DNA of 63,759 nt, counting the filler, from Bigelowiella natans CCMP2755 (taxonomy: Eukaryota > Protista > Cercozoa), in NCBI GenBank assembly GCA_000320545.1. It is 5 parts of 5 records of this genome, joined end to end, with 100 filler letters (N's around TTAATTAATTAA, not from the genome) between each part and the next. Parts side by side here need not be neighbours in the genome. Positions count along the whole stretch, not along the records: positions 21,515 to 48,074 come from ADNK01003000.1; positions 48,175 to 60,485 come from ADNK01000034.1; 3 more parts are not named here. One strand, 5' to 3'. The first letter of the stretch is position 1, and each line of letters starts with the position of its first letter. A model generated the notes under the pieces. It was given only the letters and a program-made list of their open reading frames with translations, was not told where the DNA came from and did no database searches. The position numbers were made by a program, and so were the translations under genes. Positions 41,428 to 55,759 of the stretch are shown one piece after another.

Positions 41428-41816
41428 TGTTTTCGAGAAGTTTTCTGCCACGGGGGATCAGGGAGGTGCACTTTATTTATCGAGGGGGGGAGCGGTGGCG
41501 TGTGGCTGCCAGAGGCGCTCGATCGTTGTTTTTTCTGGTAATAATTATAGCAAGTTTCTAGGTAGTATCATTTCATCATAATAAAAAACAAATGAGGAAT
41601 CCACCAGCTGATAGTCCTCTACCGCATCTCGATCAAATTATTAGGATACTCGTTCGATGTGACTGTATTTTTAGCTATTGCGAAGCGATGATTATGATAT
41701 CTTGATATAAAATATGGTTGTATTCGGGTTAAATTTATTTCTGAAACGGCAACAACGACAACAACACTAACTGCTGGCATCCACAATCCACCGGAGTGGC
41801 GCCCCCCCTTTCGAAA

Positions 41817-42285
41817 ATGACATCCAAGCGTAAGAACCCCTCGTCCTCAAACTCCACTTCCAAGCGTAAGAGGGCATCAGATCACACAAGTGCGGGGAAT
41901 AAAAAGAGCAGGAAGAACGCGGTGGGATCTAATACGGACGTGAAGAGGCGATATGGTATGTCAGGGCTCGGGCCTCAAGCAAGGCTTCATGTTCCCAGGA
42001 ATGCGCTGATAATCAGAAGCATTCTCAAGGATATGGGAGTAGAGAAGTTTAAGCCCAGGGTCATTGATCAACTGATGGAGTTTTTCCACCGTGAGCAACC
42101 CTCTAACTATAACTCTCCCGCTTGCTACTTGAATCATCCGCTCATAAACTTGTTTCATTCTTGGTATGCTTAGGTCACGTACAGGACATTCTAGAGGACG
42201 CGTATGACTATCAGCAGCACGCGAAGAACAAGAATATGAGCTCCCAAGGCAAATATTAATTAGCTCTATTGATACTCGCATTGTC

Positions 42286-42321
<36 letters not shown>

Positions 42322-42489
42322 ACATCACAACAACACGACATAATCGACTACCCATTATTATGTAGACATAAAGCTTGCAATCCACAACAAGCTGGCCTAC
42401 TCCTTCTTGGGACCCCCGCCAGCAGAGGTAAGAATTAATATAACTACTCGGCAGCGCCTGGAATTGCGAACATATATAAATACATACAG

Positions 42490-42527
<38 letters not shown>

Positions 42528-42792
42528 ACGCCAACAACTCATGATGTACGCAGCTCATCGCAGCACGGGCTAAAGACGTCAACCGCGTTCCGCTTGAGAA
42601 AGTCTCGGAAGCAGGCATTCCACCTCCCGCATCCAGATTTCTTCTAACAACCCCCAACTTCGAGGTAAACCACAGGCAGTTACATGTGATTCTTTCTCCA
42701 CCTGCGAACCCCCCATGTACTTATCACCTGCGTGTACTATAATAATTCAGCTCAACGCGGACGATGCCTCGAGTGTGGAGGACGGGAACTGA
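41817..42792 (+). CDS. TAF9: TFIID subunit 9 (histone-fold TAF)
   Basis: VPRNALIIRSILKDMGVEKFKPRVIDQLMEFFHR-HVQDILEDAYDYQQHA-DIKLAIHNKLAYSFLGPPPAE-LIAARAKDVNRVPL...LLTTPNFE matches the TAF9 motifs. One intron is GC-AG. Confidence 0.92.
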
Positions 42793-43935
42793 AGATGTTG
42801 CGATCTAGCGATCTTGCGAGTGGCCAGATGTGGTGGAGTATCGATCTATGAATGCGCACCCTCTATTGTATATGCATGATGCTCAAGCAATATGAGACGG
42901 ATGTAATGAATTGATTAAATCTTTTCAATGGTCATCCTGATGTAGCTGTGCAAAGCAGCGGCTACAGCGCTAAGCAATATATACGGACTATAACTACATT
43001 TTCAAATCGCTTATTGCTACATGAATGCCCGTTTCTGTCGACCGCGACTGCACAGGCTACAGATTAGATTGCATTGCTTGCAGTCAAACATGTGAAATTG
43101 AAGGCACCATTTCAACGCATGCATGCGCTTATGCGGGTCTAGAAACATGTTTCAAATCGCACGAAATGTGACGATTTGGATTGTCAGAGTCCATAATTAT
43201 TTGCTTGTGTGCTTCAGGTGCCACGCGCGACAGCAGCGAGGTTTCTGTTCATGCCGCCGCTCATGGCTAGATGGGCCACACCGCACATTTCATTCATTCC
43301 TTGCCATCGACGATAGCAAAAATTGCGAAATGAAAATCCGCAACATTAAATTTGCTAGTTTGGCCACTGACGACCTACTGCTGAACTAGATTGCTAGAAT
43401 GACATGATGAAAATCCTATAGGCACACCAAATGTCTTTTGTGAAAACAATCTTTGTTGAAAATGACACAGCAAAAATCCACAGCAGAGCATCGCTAGCAT
43501 CGCACCATGTTGCCTATGTGACACTGACTTTGATAGCTAGGCTCTCTAGACAGCAGGCAGCAGCAGCCATTGGAATCACAACCGCTGTGTACATTATCAT
43601 CGCAGTCCTCATGCATCATCCGTAACGTGCCACCCTATCGACATGCATGCTTCGCCTTTTCGCATGGTAGAAACTCCTGTTTCGATGCTTGCGCGCGCTG
43701 GACAACTTCAGCTGCTGCTTCACAAGTTCGTGCTCCACGTATTTCCGTCTTTGCATGCTTTGTCGCACCTAATGTTGGGCGAATCGATCGATCGATAGAT
43801 CGGAGGAGACGGAGGGGGGAGACACGGCATTCTCGATATGCGGAATGAAAATATGTTAAGGGCCATTGTGAATTGAGAGGAGTGGGGAAAGAAGAGGAGG
43901 ATGAGGAGGAGGAGGAGGAATAGGTAAAATAAAAC

Positions 43936-44659
43936 TCATTGGGAAAAGAACTCATGGAGAACAATCTTCTTTTTTATTTCTCCTTCCTCTCCTCCTCCTC
44001 CTCCTGGCAAAAATTTGGAAACGTTCATCGTGATTGATAGTAGTTGTATTACGTGGCCAGGGATGTTGGGAATGGCATAATAGAAGACGAAAAGGCAAGC
44101 AAAGACGGCGTGCTCCAACACGACTACGACGAGTAGCTTCAGCTCGCTTGTCGTCTCATCCAAGAACGAGAGCTTCTCGAATACAAAACGAGTGTATGGC
44201 CAGTTTTCAAAGTTACTGCATACGTAGGGAGGGGGGGCGGAAGGGATGCAGCATCAATATTAGCAGCGGTCTTACACTTTAAATGTGACTGTCAAGTGAT
44301 ATTAATATTTTATCATTATTTTCTGTCGCTGCCTTTGTTTTTTGTTTTACTCTCCCTTGTTTGCCCTTTTATATATTTATTTAGATAATATCAATATATA
44401 TATATATATATATATTATTTGCACTGTGAGTGTGTGTGTGTGCGCGTGTTAGTGTGATTACTCCACATACCATCATCATCATCATCGTCCTTATCCTGAA
44501 TAGTCTCCTACTACTACTACTACTACCACTACCACTAGTAGTAGTACCTTATGACTCTCTCAGCCCATATGCCTATCGAGTAGCAAAATGGCTCCGCGCC
44601 CTCCTTACCAGCAGACACGACTAATTCGTAGCTAGAGTACAACAACAACAACAACAACA

Positions 44660-44692
<33 letters not shown>

Positions 44693-45253
44693 GTAGCTGC
44701 TTCCTACTACTACGAGACTCTCCTTCGATCCTTACGTCGCCAGCATTGCGAAGACGATTGAGATGAATAGAACCGCGTAAACTTTGAGAACTACATCCCA
44801 CGCGCCAATCCCATCGGCGTCGCGGTGCAATGGCCTCCGGAATCTGGTGGAGGAGGAGGAGGAGGAGGAGGATGAGGAGAAGGAGGAGAAGGAGGAGAAG
44901 GAGGGGGAGGGGATGCACGCGCGGGGGGAAGAGGCAAGAGGCAAGAGTGTCTCTTCAAATATTATAATTGCAAAGCGTGCAAAGGATGATGATATACAGT
45001 GCCATCGTTCATTGGAAGAAGTAAATCGTGAGAAAGTAAATCGTGAGATTGTTTTCACAAAAATAAAAAGGGGGGGGGGGGGGGGGGACCAGAAGTGCAG
45101 ATCTTCCACATATCGAAGCGAAGCTGCAGCATGTTTGACAGCAGCGCGCAGAGGGGGGCAAGGCCCCAGCACCATCCGAACATGATCACGAATCTAGGTT
45201 GTTGGGCATGACAACACGCATCGTAAACGTTCTTTACCATCAGAATCATATAC

Positions 45254-45291
<38 letters not shown>

Positions 45292-45324
45292 CCCCAATAT
45301 TATTTAACATATTTACTCAACCAA

Positions 45325-45372
<48 letters not shown>

Positions 45373-45580
45373 GTATAATATATATTGTATCACCCATGAT
45401 CACGCAGCACCGTAAAATACTCCCCTAACAGCCCATCGTACGTCTCCAGTTTCTAATACAAGGAAGAGGACGAGGAGGAAACGGGGGGGGGGAGGGGAGG
45501 AAGAAAGAGAGGGGTGGTTTTTCATGTTATGATGATACTTGCACGAGGTGGTGATTTAGACGATGTGTCATTATAGTGGC

Positions 45581-45614
<34 letters not shown>

Positions 45615-45891
45615 TTACGATGTCGGCAGCAAAGATAGCATCGTTCAAATCCCTTTGCAACCTCCCCAGACTGTACGATGGAGAGCTCACAAACGCCACC
45701 CCTTTGCTGCTACTTCTCCTAAAGCTCTTCGACTTTACAGGGGGGGGGGAGGAGAACGGGTGGGACTGAGCCCTGTCGTTGTCCATCTTTGTGCCCCTCC
45801 TCTTCCTAAGGCCGCTCGCTGTGTGAAATGAGGAGGGAGGAAAGGGAGATAGGATAAGAAAGCTTTGATGATACCCACACACACACATGCA

Positions 45892-45929
<38 letters not shown>

Positions 45930-46261
45930 CTGCTGCTGCTGTCCTCAAAGTAGGAAAGTCGCCCAACTGCTGCAGCAGCGCTTGCACTACTCGCTTTACC
46001 ATATCCATCGTCCTTCTCCGCTCGCTTCTCAACCCCTCCATCATCTGTTGTCCCCGCCGTGGGGGAGGGTTCCTCATCGGTCTTCTTTCTAACACTAGTT
46101 TGCTGCAACTTCGCTACATTGGCCTTGTACCTGAGGGGCGGGTTATGATTGAATTTTCGCGATCAAGATACACGTGTCAGCACAAGTGCCAATTCTCTCT
46201 ATTACGCCGACTTGAAGGACGAGGAGGAATAACCATAATAGCCGCATCGTCATCGTCATCG

Positions 46262-46295
<34 letters not shown>

Positions 46296-48060
46296 TATCA
46301 TCTCTTCCCACGCCTCTTTGCTTACAGCAAGGAAGGCATGCAGCACTAAAAGAAAGAGCACACTACTTACAGTGCGTATTTGGCGGAGAGATAGGGGAGG
46401 CCGATCTCCGCTGTGGTCGAGATGAGCTGGGTGAGAATCATGAGCGTCTGCAGGTACTGCTTGAGACGAGGCAGATCTCGCAGCCAGAAGAATATGTAGA
46501 ACAGCGACAGGTAGTCTGTGATATACCAGCAGCATCGTCATCACCATCATCACCGTCCTCGCCATATCACCATCGTCATTGGGAAAGGCAGAGAGGAGAA
46601 GAAAGTGATAGTTGTGGTGCTGACTCATAAGTCCGTTGCGTTTTTCCGGCATCATTGTTGATACCATTATTATAATTATTATTATTATTATTACTATTAT
46701 TATTCCTATTGTTATTATTACTATTGATGAAGTGGAAGCACGTGAGCTTGATAATGAGAGAATCCCTGTACTGCGAGTGCGTTTTGTGGTTCTCCCATTC
46801 TGTCAGCGTCTGGTAGTAGGTAGTAGGAGAAATAGTAGCAGAGCAGCAGCAGCAACAACAACAACAACAACGATGAGGTCGTCCTCCTCATGATGACAAA
46901 ACTAGCTACTGCTACTACTACTACTACTACTACCTGCGCGACGTATCGGTAGAGGTGGCCGAGTACGGGTATAGTGCAGCTGAACACACCACATATACGG
47001 CGCTTGATTGGATGGTATTATGGTGATATATGGTGATATATAGTCTCTTCATGAAGATGGTGATGGCGAGGATGATGATTTTCTTATGTCGCGGGGCAAA
47101 CATGCTTCCAATCGCCCGTCTGCGAACGACCGATTGCATCATTTATCAATGGGGAAAGAAGAAGTGTGAGGGTTGGCAATTAACACTACCTGTAAAGAAT
47201 AGAAGGGAACCGACTCAGAGGCGTCTCGCGGCATATGTACACCTCCTATCCATTTGTAAGATAGATGAACAGTAAGGAGGGGAGAGGCAGGAGGGGGGGG
47301 GGGGAGAAGAGACCGCGAGAGAGAGAGAGAGGGAGAGAGAGAGAGAGAGAGTAAGAGAGAGCGGGAAGGAGTAAGCAAATGATTTACATTATATAAAAAC
47401 AATCTGTGCTAGCGACTGTGTGTATGTGTGTGCATGCGTGCGTGTGCACGTATAAAGATTATCGGAAGGTGCAAGCAGCAGTAGTGGATTCCTCTTACTG
47501 CACTCCGCAGACGCCGCGAAACCCCCAACAATGGCGATGACAACAACACCAACGACGACGAATGGATGGTCGGGCAGTGCTAACACAGTACCTGGCAGTA
47601 GTCTTGCATGGCAATGGAGACCGTCAGAGCCCAGAAGCAGATGTAAAGGCAAGAGGCAGTGACGGGCAAAGACACAAGATACATCTTTGCAAAGCTGCAG
47701 GAGGAGGAAGAGGAGGAGGAGGAGGAGAAGGAGAAGAGAGTGCAAAACAAGCAGATGTTCATTAATGCAATTCACTACTCCCAGCGATCCCTAAGAGGCA
47801 AATGCCTTCTCATTACAATACAGCGTGTTTTATTCAGCATCGGCCACCGCGCTACTCCGTCCCCCACCACGCCATTAATATGCGCAAGGGCTTTTCGATG
47901 AAGGGGCAGAGGCGGAAGATCGATTTGATTCATTGAAAAGCACACGTGGTTAGCGTGTGCATGTTGGGTGCTTAGAAAACGAAGGATAAACACGGTCATC
48001 GTTGGGTGTGCTACCTGACATTTAAGTGTTAAAGTAGTGATAGCTTTCCTCATACCACCC
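43936..48060 (-). CDS. Anoctamin/TMEM16 family (Ca2+-activated channel or scramblase); 5' part lost in the gap
   Basis: Exon peptides: LTEWENHKTHSQYRDSLIIKLTCFHFIN; YLSLFYIFFWLRDLPRLKQYL; LETYDGLLGEY; FVIMFGWCWGLAPLCALLSNMLQLRFDMWKIC; FRRPLHRDADGIGAWDVVL; VVVLEHAVF...AIPNIP. Confidence 0.92.
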
Positions 48061-48074
48061 CTGCCCCCCCCCCC

Positions 48075-48174
48075 NNNNNNNNNNNNNNNNNNNNNNNNNN
48101 NNNNNNNNNNNNNNNNNNTTAATTAATTAANNNNNNNNNNNNNNNNNNNNNNNNNNNNNNNNNNNNNNNNNNNN
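48075..48174. other. Assembly gap spacer
   Basis: N44-TTAATTAATTAA-N44. Confidence 0.98.
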
Positions 48175-48779
48175 CCTTTCCGAAATCTAAGGAATATCAA
48201 ATTTGCCATGCATAATTCATATATTTTGAATAAATATATGACGATGGTAATGCTAGTACAGTGCAGGTAAAACAACCCCGGCTAGTAAGCTCCACAACGT
48301 CGCCAAGGTATCCGCTACGATGATTCCTCGGTAGGAAAACACGCTCGCCAGTGCCTGGAGACTCTCGATGGCCAAATTAAGAGACTCGGGAGACTCTCCA
48401 GATAGTGCATCGCAAACCTGTCAATGTGTGTGCGTATACGGGTGTGTGTGTGTGTGTGTGCGTATATATGTGAGCCTGGCCGCACCTTGTTAGCCCCTCC
48501 AAGTCGGTACACGCGTTTAATGAATTGAAGGAACATCCTTGCCTCCTTGGCGGGGTAGAAAGCCGCCATGAGGACAATGCACCCGAGATGAATCCGGAGC
48601 AGTGCCAGCCGCTGAGCTTCCTTCTCTATCCTCCGCTGTTGCGACGATGAAGGCAACAACGACATTGATGGTGGTGGCAGTGCCTGCTCGGGACTTATTG
48701 GGCGTAGAAATCGCGCTGTTGACCTTTTCAGCGCAGCGACTTGCGCTCGCTCACTACTCGAGAACCTAATAAACGCGTG

Positions 48780-48824
<45 letters not shown>

Positions 48825-48833
48825 TGTGAGTGT
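48175..48833. repeat. ~660-bp direct duplicate of 53095-53753
   Basis: The sequence appears identical at offset 4920, and the two 116-aa ORFs (48315-48665, 53235-53585) are identical. Confidence 0.95.
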
Positions 48834-48839
48834 ATGATT

Positions 48840-48843
48840 GAGC

Positions 48844-48878
<35 letters not shown>

Positions 48879-49863
48879 TGTAGCAACATGCTTAGGGGTC
48901 AAGGCAACCTGCAATAAACTATATGCAAAGTGAAGGTATTTAATAGTAGCTGCTTCTCGTGGCCCGGAGATGATGGAGGAGGAGGAGGAGGAGGAGGCCG
49001 AAGCAGTAGTAGTAGCAGCAGCAGCATCGCTGGGGTGATGATAATGGCTATGCGGGTGTCTTTGCTCAGCCAAAATACAAGCCTATTCACCAGGGTAACA
49101 CACCGCACAATATAGTACAATTACCGACCCTCGTCAAAGAAGTATCTATTTCACTCTACCCAGACAAAGCATGGATTTTTCTTCCCCCCCCCCCCCCCCT
49201 TCCCCTCTCCATTTGCAGCAGCTAACTACTACTACTACACCGACCCTGACGTTCCGAATAAGGTTCGCCACGACTCCGCCGTTGAATATTTTGGTGAATT
49301 GTGAGAGGGGGTTTGGGAGGTGCGAAAGGACGAACAGGAGCCCCTTTATCCGGGCATTACTAGCGCCATCGTCGTCGTCATCGCCCCACCCCTCGTTGTT
49401 GGGAACACGTTTCACGATCGCTGCCAAGGCTTCGTCAATGTGCACGATTTGCTGGTGGTGGTGGTGCTGATTTTTCTGTTGTCGCAGCTGGAATATCGGA
49501 TGGTGGCCTTGGAAAGGATGATGACGATGGCGAGGATAATGGCGTGTTCTCTCGGAAAGCTTGAGCAGCCGGCATGTGAGCAGCCCCTGGACATCTCTGT
49601 TGTAGTCTTCATCATCATCATCATCATTATCATTATCATCATCATCATCGACATCCTCATCCTGCTGCCTCCTCCTCCTCCTCCTCCTCCTCTCAGTTTT
49701 TCTGTCGCAAGTCAGTATTCCCATGGGCACCTGTGTGTGCAAACGTTAGCATGTTCGCGTTTGAACTGTGGGAATGCTATAAACATAGAGATAGCGAGAG
49801 AGGGGGAGAGAGGGAGACGGGGGGGGGAGGGGGTCTTCCTTACAAATTACTAACCCATCGTGT

Positions 49864-49904
<41 letters not shown>

Positions 49905-50455
49905 TGCGTATAGATATCTGAAATATCCGTACAGAGAGAATGCATCGTGCCGACGAGAATCATGATGGGTGTATGTGCACATATCGTTACCATTCTCCAT
50001 GCTAACATGATCATCATCAACAACAACAACATTAACGCCATAACTGAAACACTCTCTCCCAGGAGCAGGCTACTCATACCCTCTTCGGAAGAATGACGAC
50101 TTGAATCCACAAACGAGTGATGTCATCGCTGTACTTCTGCATCAGCGTGCTGATGGCACGCCTTGACAAGGAGAGATAGAAAGCAAGGCTTTGATTAGGG
50201 GAGGAGGAAGAGGAGGAGGAGATGAGGAGGAGGAGAGGCGTATGCACACACCCTCACAGAAGAATAAGAAAAAGAGGCTTTGTACTACATTTCGATCTGC
50301 TTCGGTCCGTACGTGTGAGCATCCTTCAGGCACATGGCTAGAAACCGACATGCGCACACGGCGGCCTCTTCATCTTCGCTTTCCCCGCCTCCTTTTCTAG
50401 ACGATGAGTAGTCGCTGATTATAGCACATTGCGATGAAGATGGTGACACGAAAGT

Positions 50456-50491
<36 letters not shown>

Positions 50492-50805
50492 CATTAATAT
50501 TTAATATCAACAAAATCTAACAGATTCTGCATCACCTTGAAGGCGATGACAAAACCACCCTAAAGGACTTGAGGAACCGTTCCCATGGCAGCTTTTGAGT
50601 GCCAGTGGCGAGCAGAGCAAGCTTCGACAGCACCCCGAAACATCGAGACGATAATCTTGACAGAATAACCAGACACGAGAGGAGGAGAGAGAGGGGGGGG
50701 GAGAGAGAGAGATAGAGAGAGAGCAATAGCAGCAAGGACGAACGAATTAGAATGATGCGGTAAATTCTTAGAGACACACGACGAACACGCACAATTCTGC
50801 TACTA

Positions 50806-50843
<38 letters not shown>

Positions 50844-51086
50844 GCAAGGAAAATGCAAGCATTATGAAATGTCATCATCTTTATTATAATATGTGTTTGG
50901 TCAAAGGAGTTACTACTACTACTTACTGGGGCGATATCCTGTATTTGTATCGAAGAAAACCACGCTTCGATTCAAGGCCAGAGTTAACTGCTGATGCATT
51001 CTCAGCGGAGCATTTCCCCCCTCCTGTAGCATCGATGGCCCATCTTGACAGCAAGGGAGCGTTATCTTCATCTCTATGTATATATA

Positions 51087-51121
<35 letters not shown>

Positions 51122-51261
51122 TGCACATAACAATGACAACACACATTGGTCGTCGCATAGAGTAGTCGCTGTTACCCCCCCCCCCCCCTCCCTCCTCCGT
51201 TTCCTTCCATCAACCGCACCTTCCTCCAAGGCGTCGATTCGTCGCATACTTCTTCTTGTTG

Positions 51262-51292
<31 letters not shown>

Positions 51293-52185
51293 TCGTAGCT
51301 GCTGATGACGACGACGACCCTGGGATAAATGACAGGATTCTGTAATGGGAAGCGATTATAGCCTCAAGAGCCATGAGGAGGGAAACTCCGTTGTTATCTC
51401 GAGCGAGGTCAGAGATTAGTACTTTAGCATTTCGTCCTCCTCCTCCTCCTCCTCCTCCTGCTGCTGCTGCTGCTGCTCGCAGAGCACCAACATCACTAAG
51501 TTCATGGTTGGTATCGTTGGCTGTGCTGCTGGTTGTAGTCGCTGGCCTTCTTTTCCTCTCTGTCAAGAAGTAGTCGACCAGTCTACGTGCATACTTTGAC
51601 CGGGCAGAGTCTTGAGCGGTATTCTTGCTGCACGAAGAGCTGTTGCCGATTCTATTAGCATGGTTATCATTGTTTGGGCCTCTGCTGCTGCCGCTCCTGT
51701 TACCACCGCCACCAAACACGTCGATTTCCTTAAGATCGTCTCCGAAAAGCTGGCATGCGAACAACAATAACAAGTAGGAGGAGGAGGATGAGGAAAATAA
51801 TCAAAATGAAAACATCAGCATGAATTACCTTCCCCCCTCCCCATATCCACTCTTTATGTGCTATAGAAGGAATGCAGTTGTAAGAAGCAAAAGAGCAATA
51901 CCTGGTCGAATTCGTCGTGGCCATCATCGACTTCACGCGATGGTGATTTTTTCCCTTGCTGCTGCTGCAGCTGCTGCTGAGGGTGTAGATACTGATGCTG
52001 GTGGCGCTTTCCCGATTTACTAGCATCACCGTAAAAGGATGATGATGGTGATGGTGATGGTGATGATGATGATGATGATGGAGGGAATATCGGCGGAGCT
52101 AAGAGCTTGTGTACTAGGGAGAGTGACAGATGGCGCGTAGAGTCCGAAAAGCATCCTTGTGGATGTAACAGCATCGGAACCTGCC

Positions 52186-52218
<33 letters not shown>

Positions 52219-52364
52219 CGATATTATGATAATAGCGACGAGGAGGAGGAGGAGGAGGAACAACAACAACAACAACAACAAGAAGATAAACTACGTGCTT
52301 CTTTCCAGCGGTCAGTTTCTTGAGCAGCGCTATCACCATCAGCACCAGTACCAGCATCACCACC

Positions 52365-52398
<34 letters not shown>

Positions 52399-52439
52399 CA
52401 ACGCCCGATAGGATATATTTATTATCGGCACGCTTGAGC

Positions 52440-52470
<31 letters not shown>

Positions 52471-52895
52471 GAAACAAAATAAACACTGTCGTCTACCCCC
52501 TCGGAAGCAGTGTGCTCGTGACTGGGGCACAGCGGTGAGGAATGATCCAGAGTACCGATGAGAGCGCGCAGGCCCGCATCGATCGTCTGAGGGGGGGAGC
52601 GAGGGGGGAGGGGGGAGGAGGCGGTGTTGATTAATTGCGGCTTGGGTGGAAATTGTAATGAAACTTCTATTATTGGTATTACTGTAATAGACAACGGGAA
52701 TGATGCATCGCTCTTTTTCTTCTTCTTCTCACAGCTATGAGCTCCATACGCAAACACCTCTACAACCTCTCCATTCTCTTGCACGATCGATCGTCATCAT
52801 CATCATCATTATCATCATCATCATTGGACTTACTGCCGCTAGACAGCGCTCGGATTATGATGCTTCTTCGTTTATTATGATCATTACCATTATTG

Positions 52896-52929
<34 letters not shown>

Positions 52930-53699
52930 GATTATTGTTATAATTATTATCATGCATGATTCTCACACCATTTCCAGCGCTAGGGCTTCGTTGGAGGGTC
53001 GCTGCTGCTGGAGCTGGTGTGTCGTTCTGGCAGAAGACATCGAAAGCGCCTCTGTGGCGGTGATCCTTGCTTCGCGCATCAATAAAGAATTACGCCTTTC
53101 CGAAATCTAAGGAATATCAAATTTGCCATGCATAATTCATATATTTTGAATAAATATATGACGATGGTAATGCTAGTACAGTGCAGGTAAAACAACCCCG
53201 GCTAGTAAGCTCCACAACGTCGCCAAGGTATCCGCTACGATGATTCCTCGGTAGGAAAACACGCTCGCCAGTGCCTGGAGACTCTCGATGGCCAAATTAA
53301 GAGACTCGGGAGACTCTCCAGATAGTGCATCGCAAACCTGTCAATGTGTGTGCGTATACGGGTGTGTGTGTGTGTGTGTGCGTATATATGTGAGCCTGGC
53401 CGCACCTTGTTAGCCCCTCCAAGTCGGTACACGCGTTTAATGAATTGAAGGAACATCCTTGCCTCCTTGGCGGGGTAGAAAGCCGCCATGAGGACAATGC
53501 ACCCGAGATGAATCCGGAGCAGTGCCAGCCGCTGAGCTTCCTTCTCTATCCTCCGCTGTTGCGACGATGAAGGCAACAACGACATTGATGGTGGTGGCAG
53601 TGCCTGCTCGGGACTTATTGGGCGTAGAAATCGCGCTGTTGACCTTTTCAGCGCAGCGACTTGCGCTCGCTCACTACTCGAGAACCTAATAAACGCGTG

Positions 53700-53744
<45 letters not shown>

Positions 53745-54785
53745 TGTGAGTGTGTGCGTATATTTGCATCAGGATCGCATCACCTGCGTAGGTACAACGC
53801 CAATAGTTTTAAGAACACAGAGAGCGTATCAGCTGCAGCATCATCGCCCTGTCCATCACTCCCGGTGATGGTGCTACTACTATTACTACCCCTACTACCA
53901 CCATCCATGCTTAATGGAGAAGTAACCTTTGGATGTGAACGACGACAGGGAAAACAAACAATTATCAAAGTAGTTGACAAATAGTAGAAATTTGAATGAT
54001 CGGCCTTCATAACACGTTTACACTCATCATTAAGCTATATAGGCGTCTTTGCATCCCGGCCATTATCCCCATTCTATTCTCGCCAACAGCAGCACCCCCA
54101 CTACCACTACCACTACCAAAGCACAATGTATTCTTCTTACTTTCCTGGCCCCCCCCTGCTGCCTCTTGAGCAGCAGATCACCGTTGAATCGCACGAGAAA
54201 GGCAGGGAGGTGAGCTATTAAATGAGCGGGCGGCATTGGCCACATGTTGCGGCTATTCGTAGTAGTAGCAGCAGCAGCCCACAGGCACTCCAAACACGGG
54301 AGAATGTCGTCCGGTGGCTGCAAGTCGCCCACACGTGCTAGGGATAGCACACGCCTCATCAGAGTCCTTAGGTACCTGCGGCATCATCATCACCCGTCAT
54401 CATCACCATAATCATCATCATCTTCCGTATGCACTGCAGCAGCAGCATCATCATCAATAGAGAGTAGTAGCGGCAGCCTTGCGCATGGTTACTCATCCTC
54501 CTCCCCCTCCCCTCCTCCTCCTCCTCCTCCTCCTCCTCTTACTACTACTACTACTACTACTACTTCTACTACTACTCCTACTTTGAACGTCTGCAGGTGA
54601 GGAAAAGGGCCGGCAGGCGGCCGATATCAATGCTCGTTTGCAGCAAATTGACCAACATGCCTGATTAAAGAACAATAACGACAGGGGTAATGATGATGAT
54701 GATGATGATGATGATGATCTTAGTGTTTGAAGAATAGAAGATACTAATAGAGTGAGGCAGGATCGAATTACTACTACTACTACCC

Positions 54786-54816
<31 letters not shown>

Positions 54817-54848
54817 GACTACTGGTTGTCTAAAAAATGAAGGGCTGG

Positions 54849-54921
<73 letters not shown>

Positions 54922-54972
54922 CACCTGAACTGATTTAAAAATTGCGAGGCAAGTGTCAAAAAATACTAGAGG

Positions 54973-55005
<33 letters not shown>

Positions 55006-55722
55006 AATACCCCATCCGCCAGTATGGAGGGGCTGGTTGCCATGTTGTTCACTCCTCGTCGTGTTGTTGTCCACTATTGTACCCACTGGTTCCGAGTTGA
55101 GCTGAAGACTCAACGGTGTAAGCACTCCTAGAACGGTCTCCCACACCGCCTCCACTCTTGCTGCACGCCGAACCACAACTCGCTCATCACGGCCATCGCG
55201 ACGGCTGCTGAATTAGCATATGGATAAACCGTTCTTACGTACATAATCAAGGGGTGCGGGGGCATGTGCACGGTTCAAAAAGACATAAAAAACAAAATAG
55301 AACAAAAAAATCCTCTTCAGTAGATCACGTAGAGTATCATCAATCGGGAAGAAAGCTGCCCCGGTCAAACAGCGGGCATTCACTAAGTCTTACCTCGTTC
55401 CAGGAATCAGACCGCCTGTTCGCGCCGCCTCTCCCCTACCACCTCGTAGTCGATAATACTCTCCTTTTCCTCGCCGTTTGTCCAAAGAGAGGAGGCTCAA
55501 TATCGAAAGACCCCCCACCCCGCTCAATGAACGACTCCGCTGCTCTCCAAAATGATCCCCACCAATGTCCTTGGCCTTCTTCTTCGTCATTTTCGAGGTT
55601 CTTCAGTAGGTGTCGCCACAGCGAAGCTACGGGGCTGTATGTCACCGTAGACGAGGGGGCGGGGGGAGCAGACAAGCAATCCTCGGGGTCGAAATTCCTG
55701 CCTGAATCAGCAAAATGAACGG

Positions 55723-55759
<37 letters not shown>

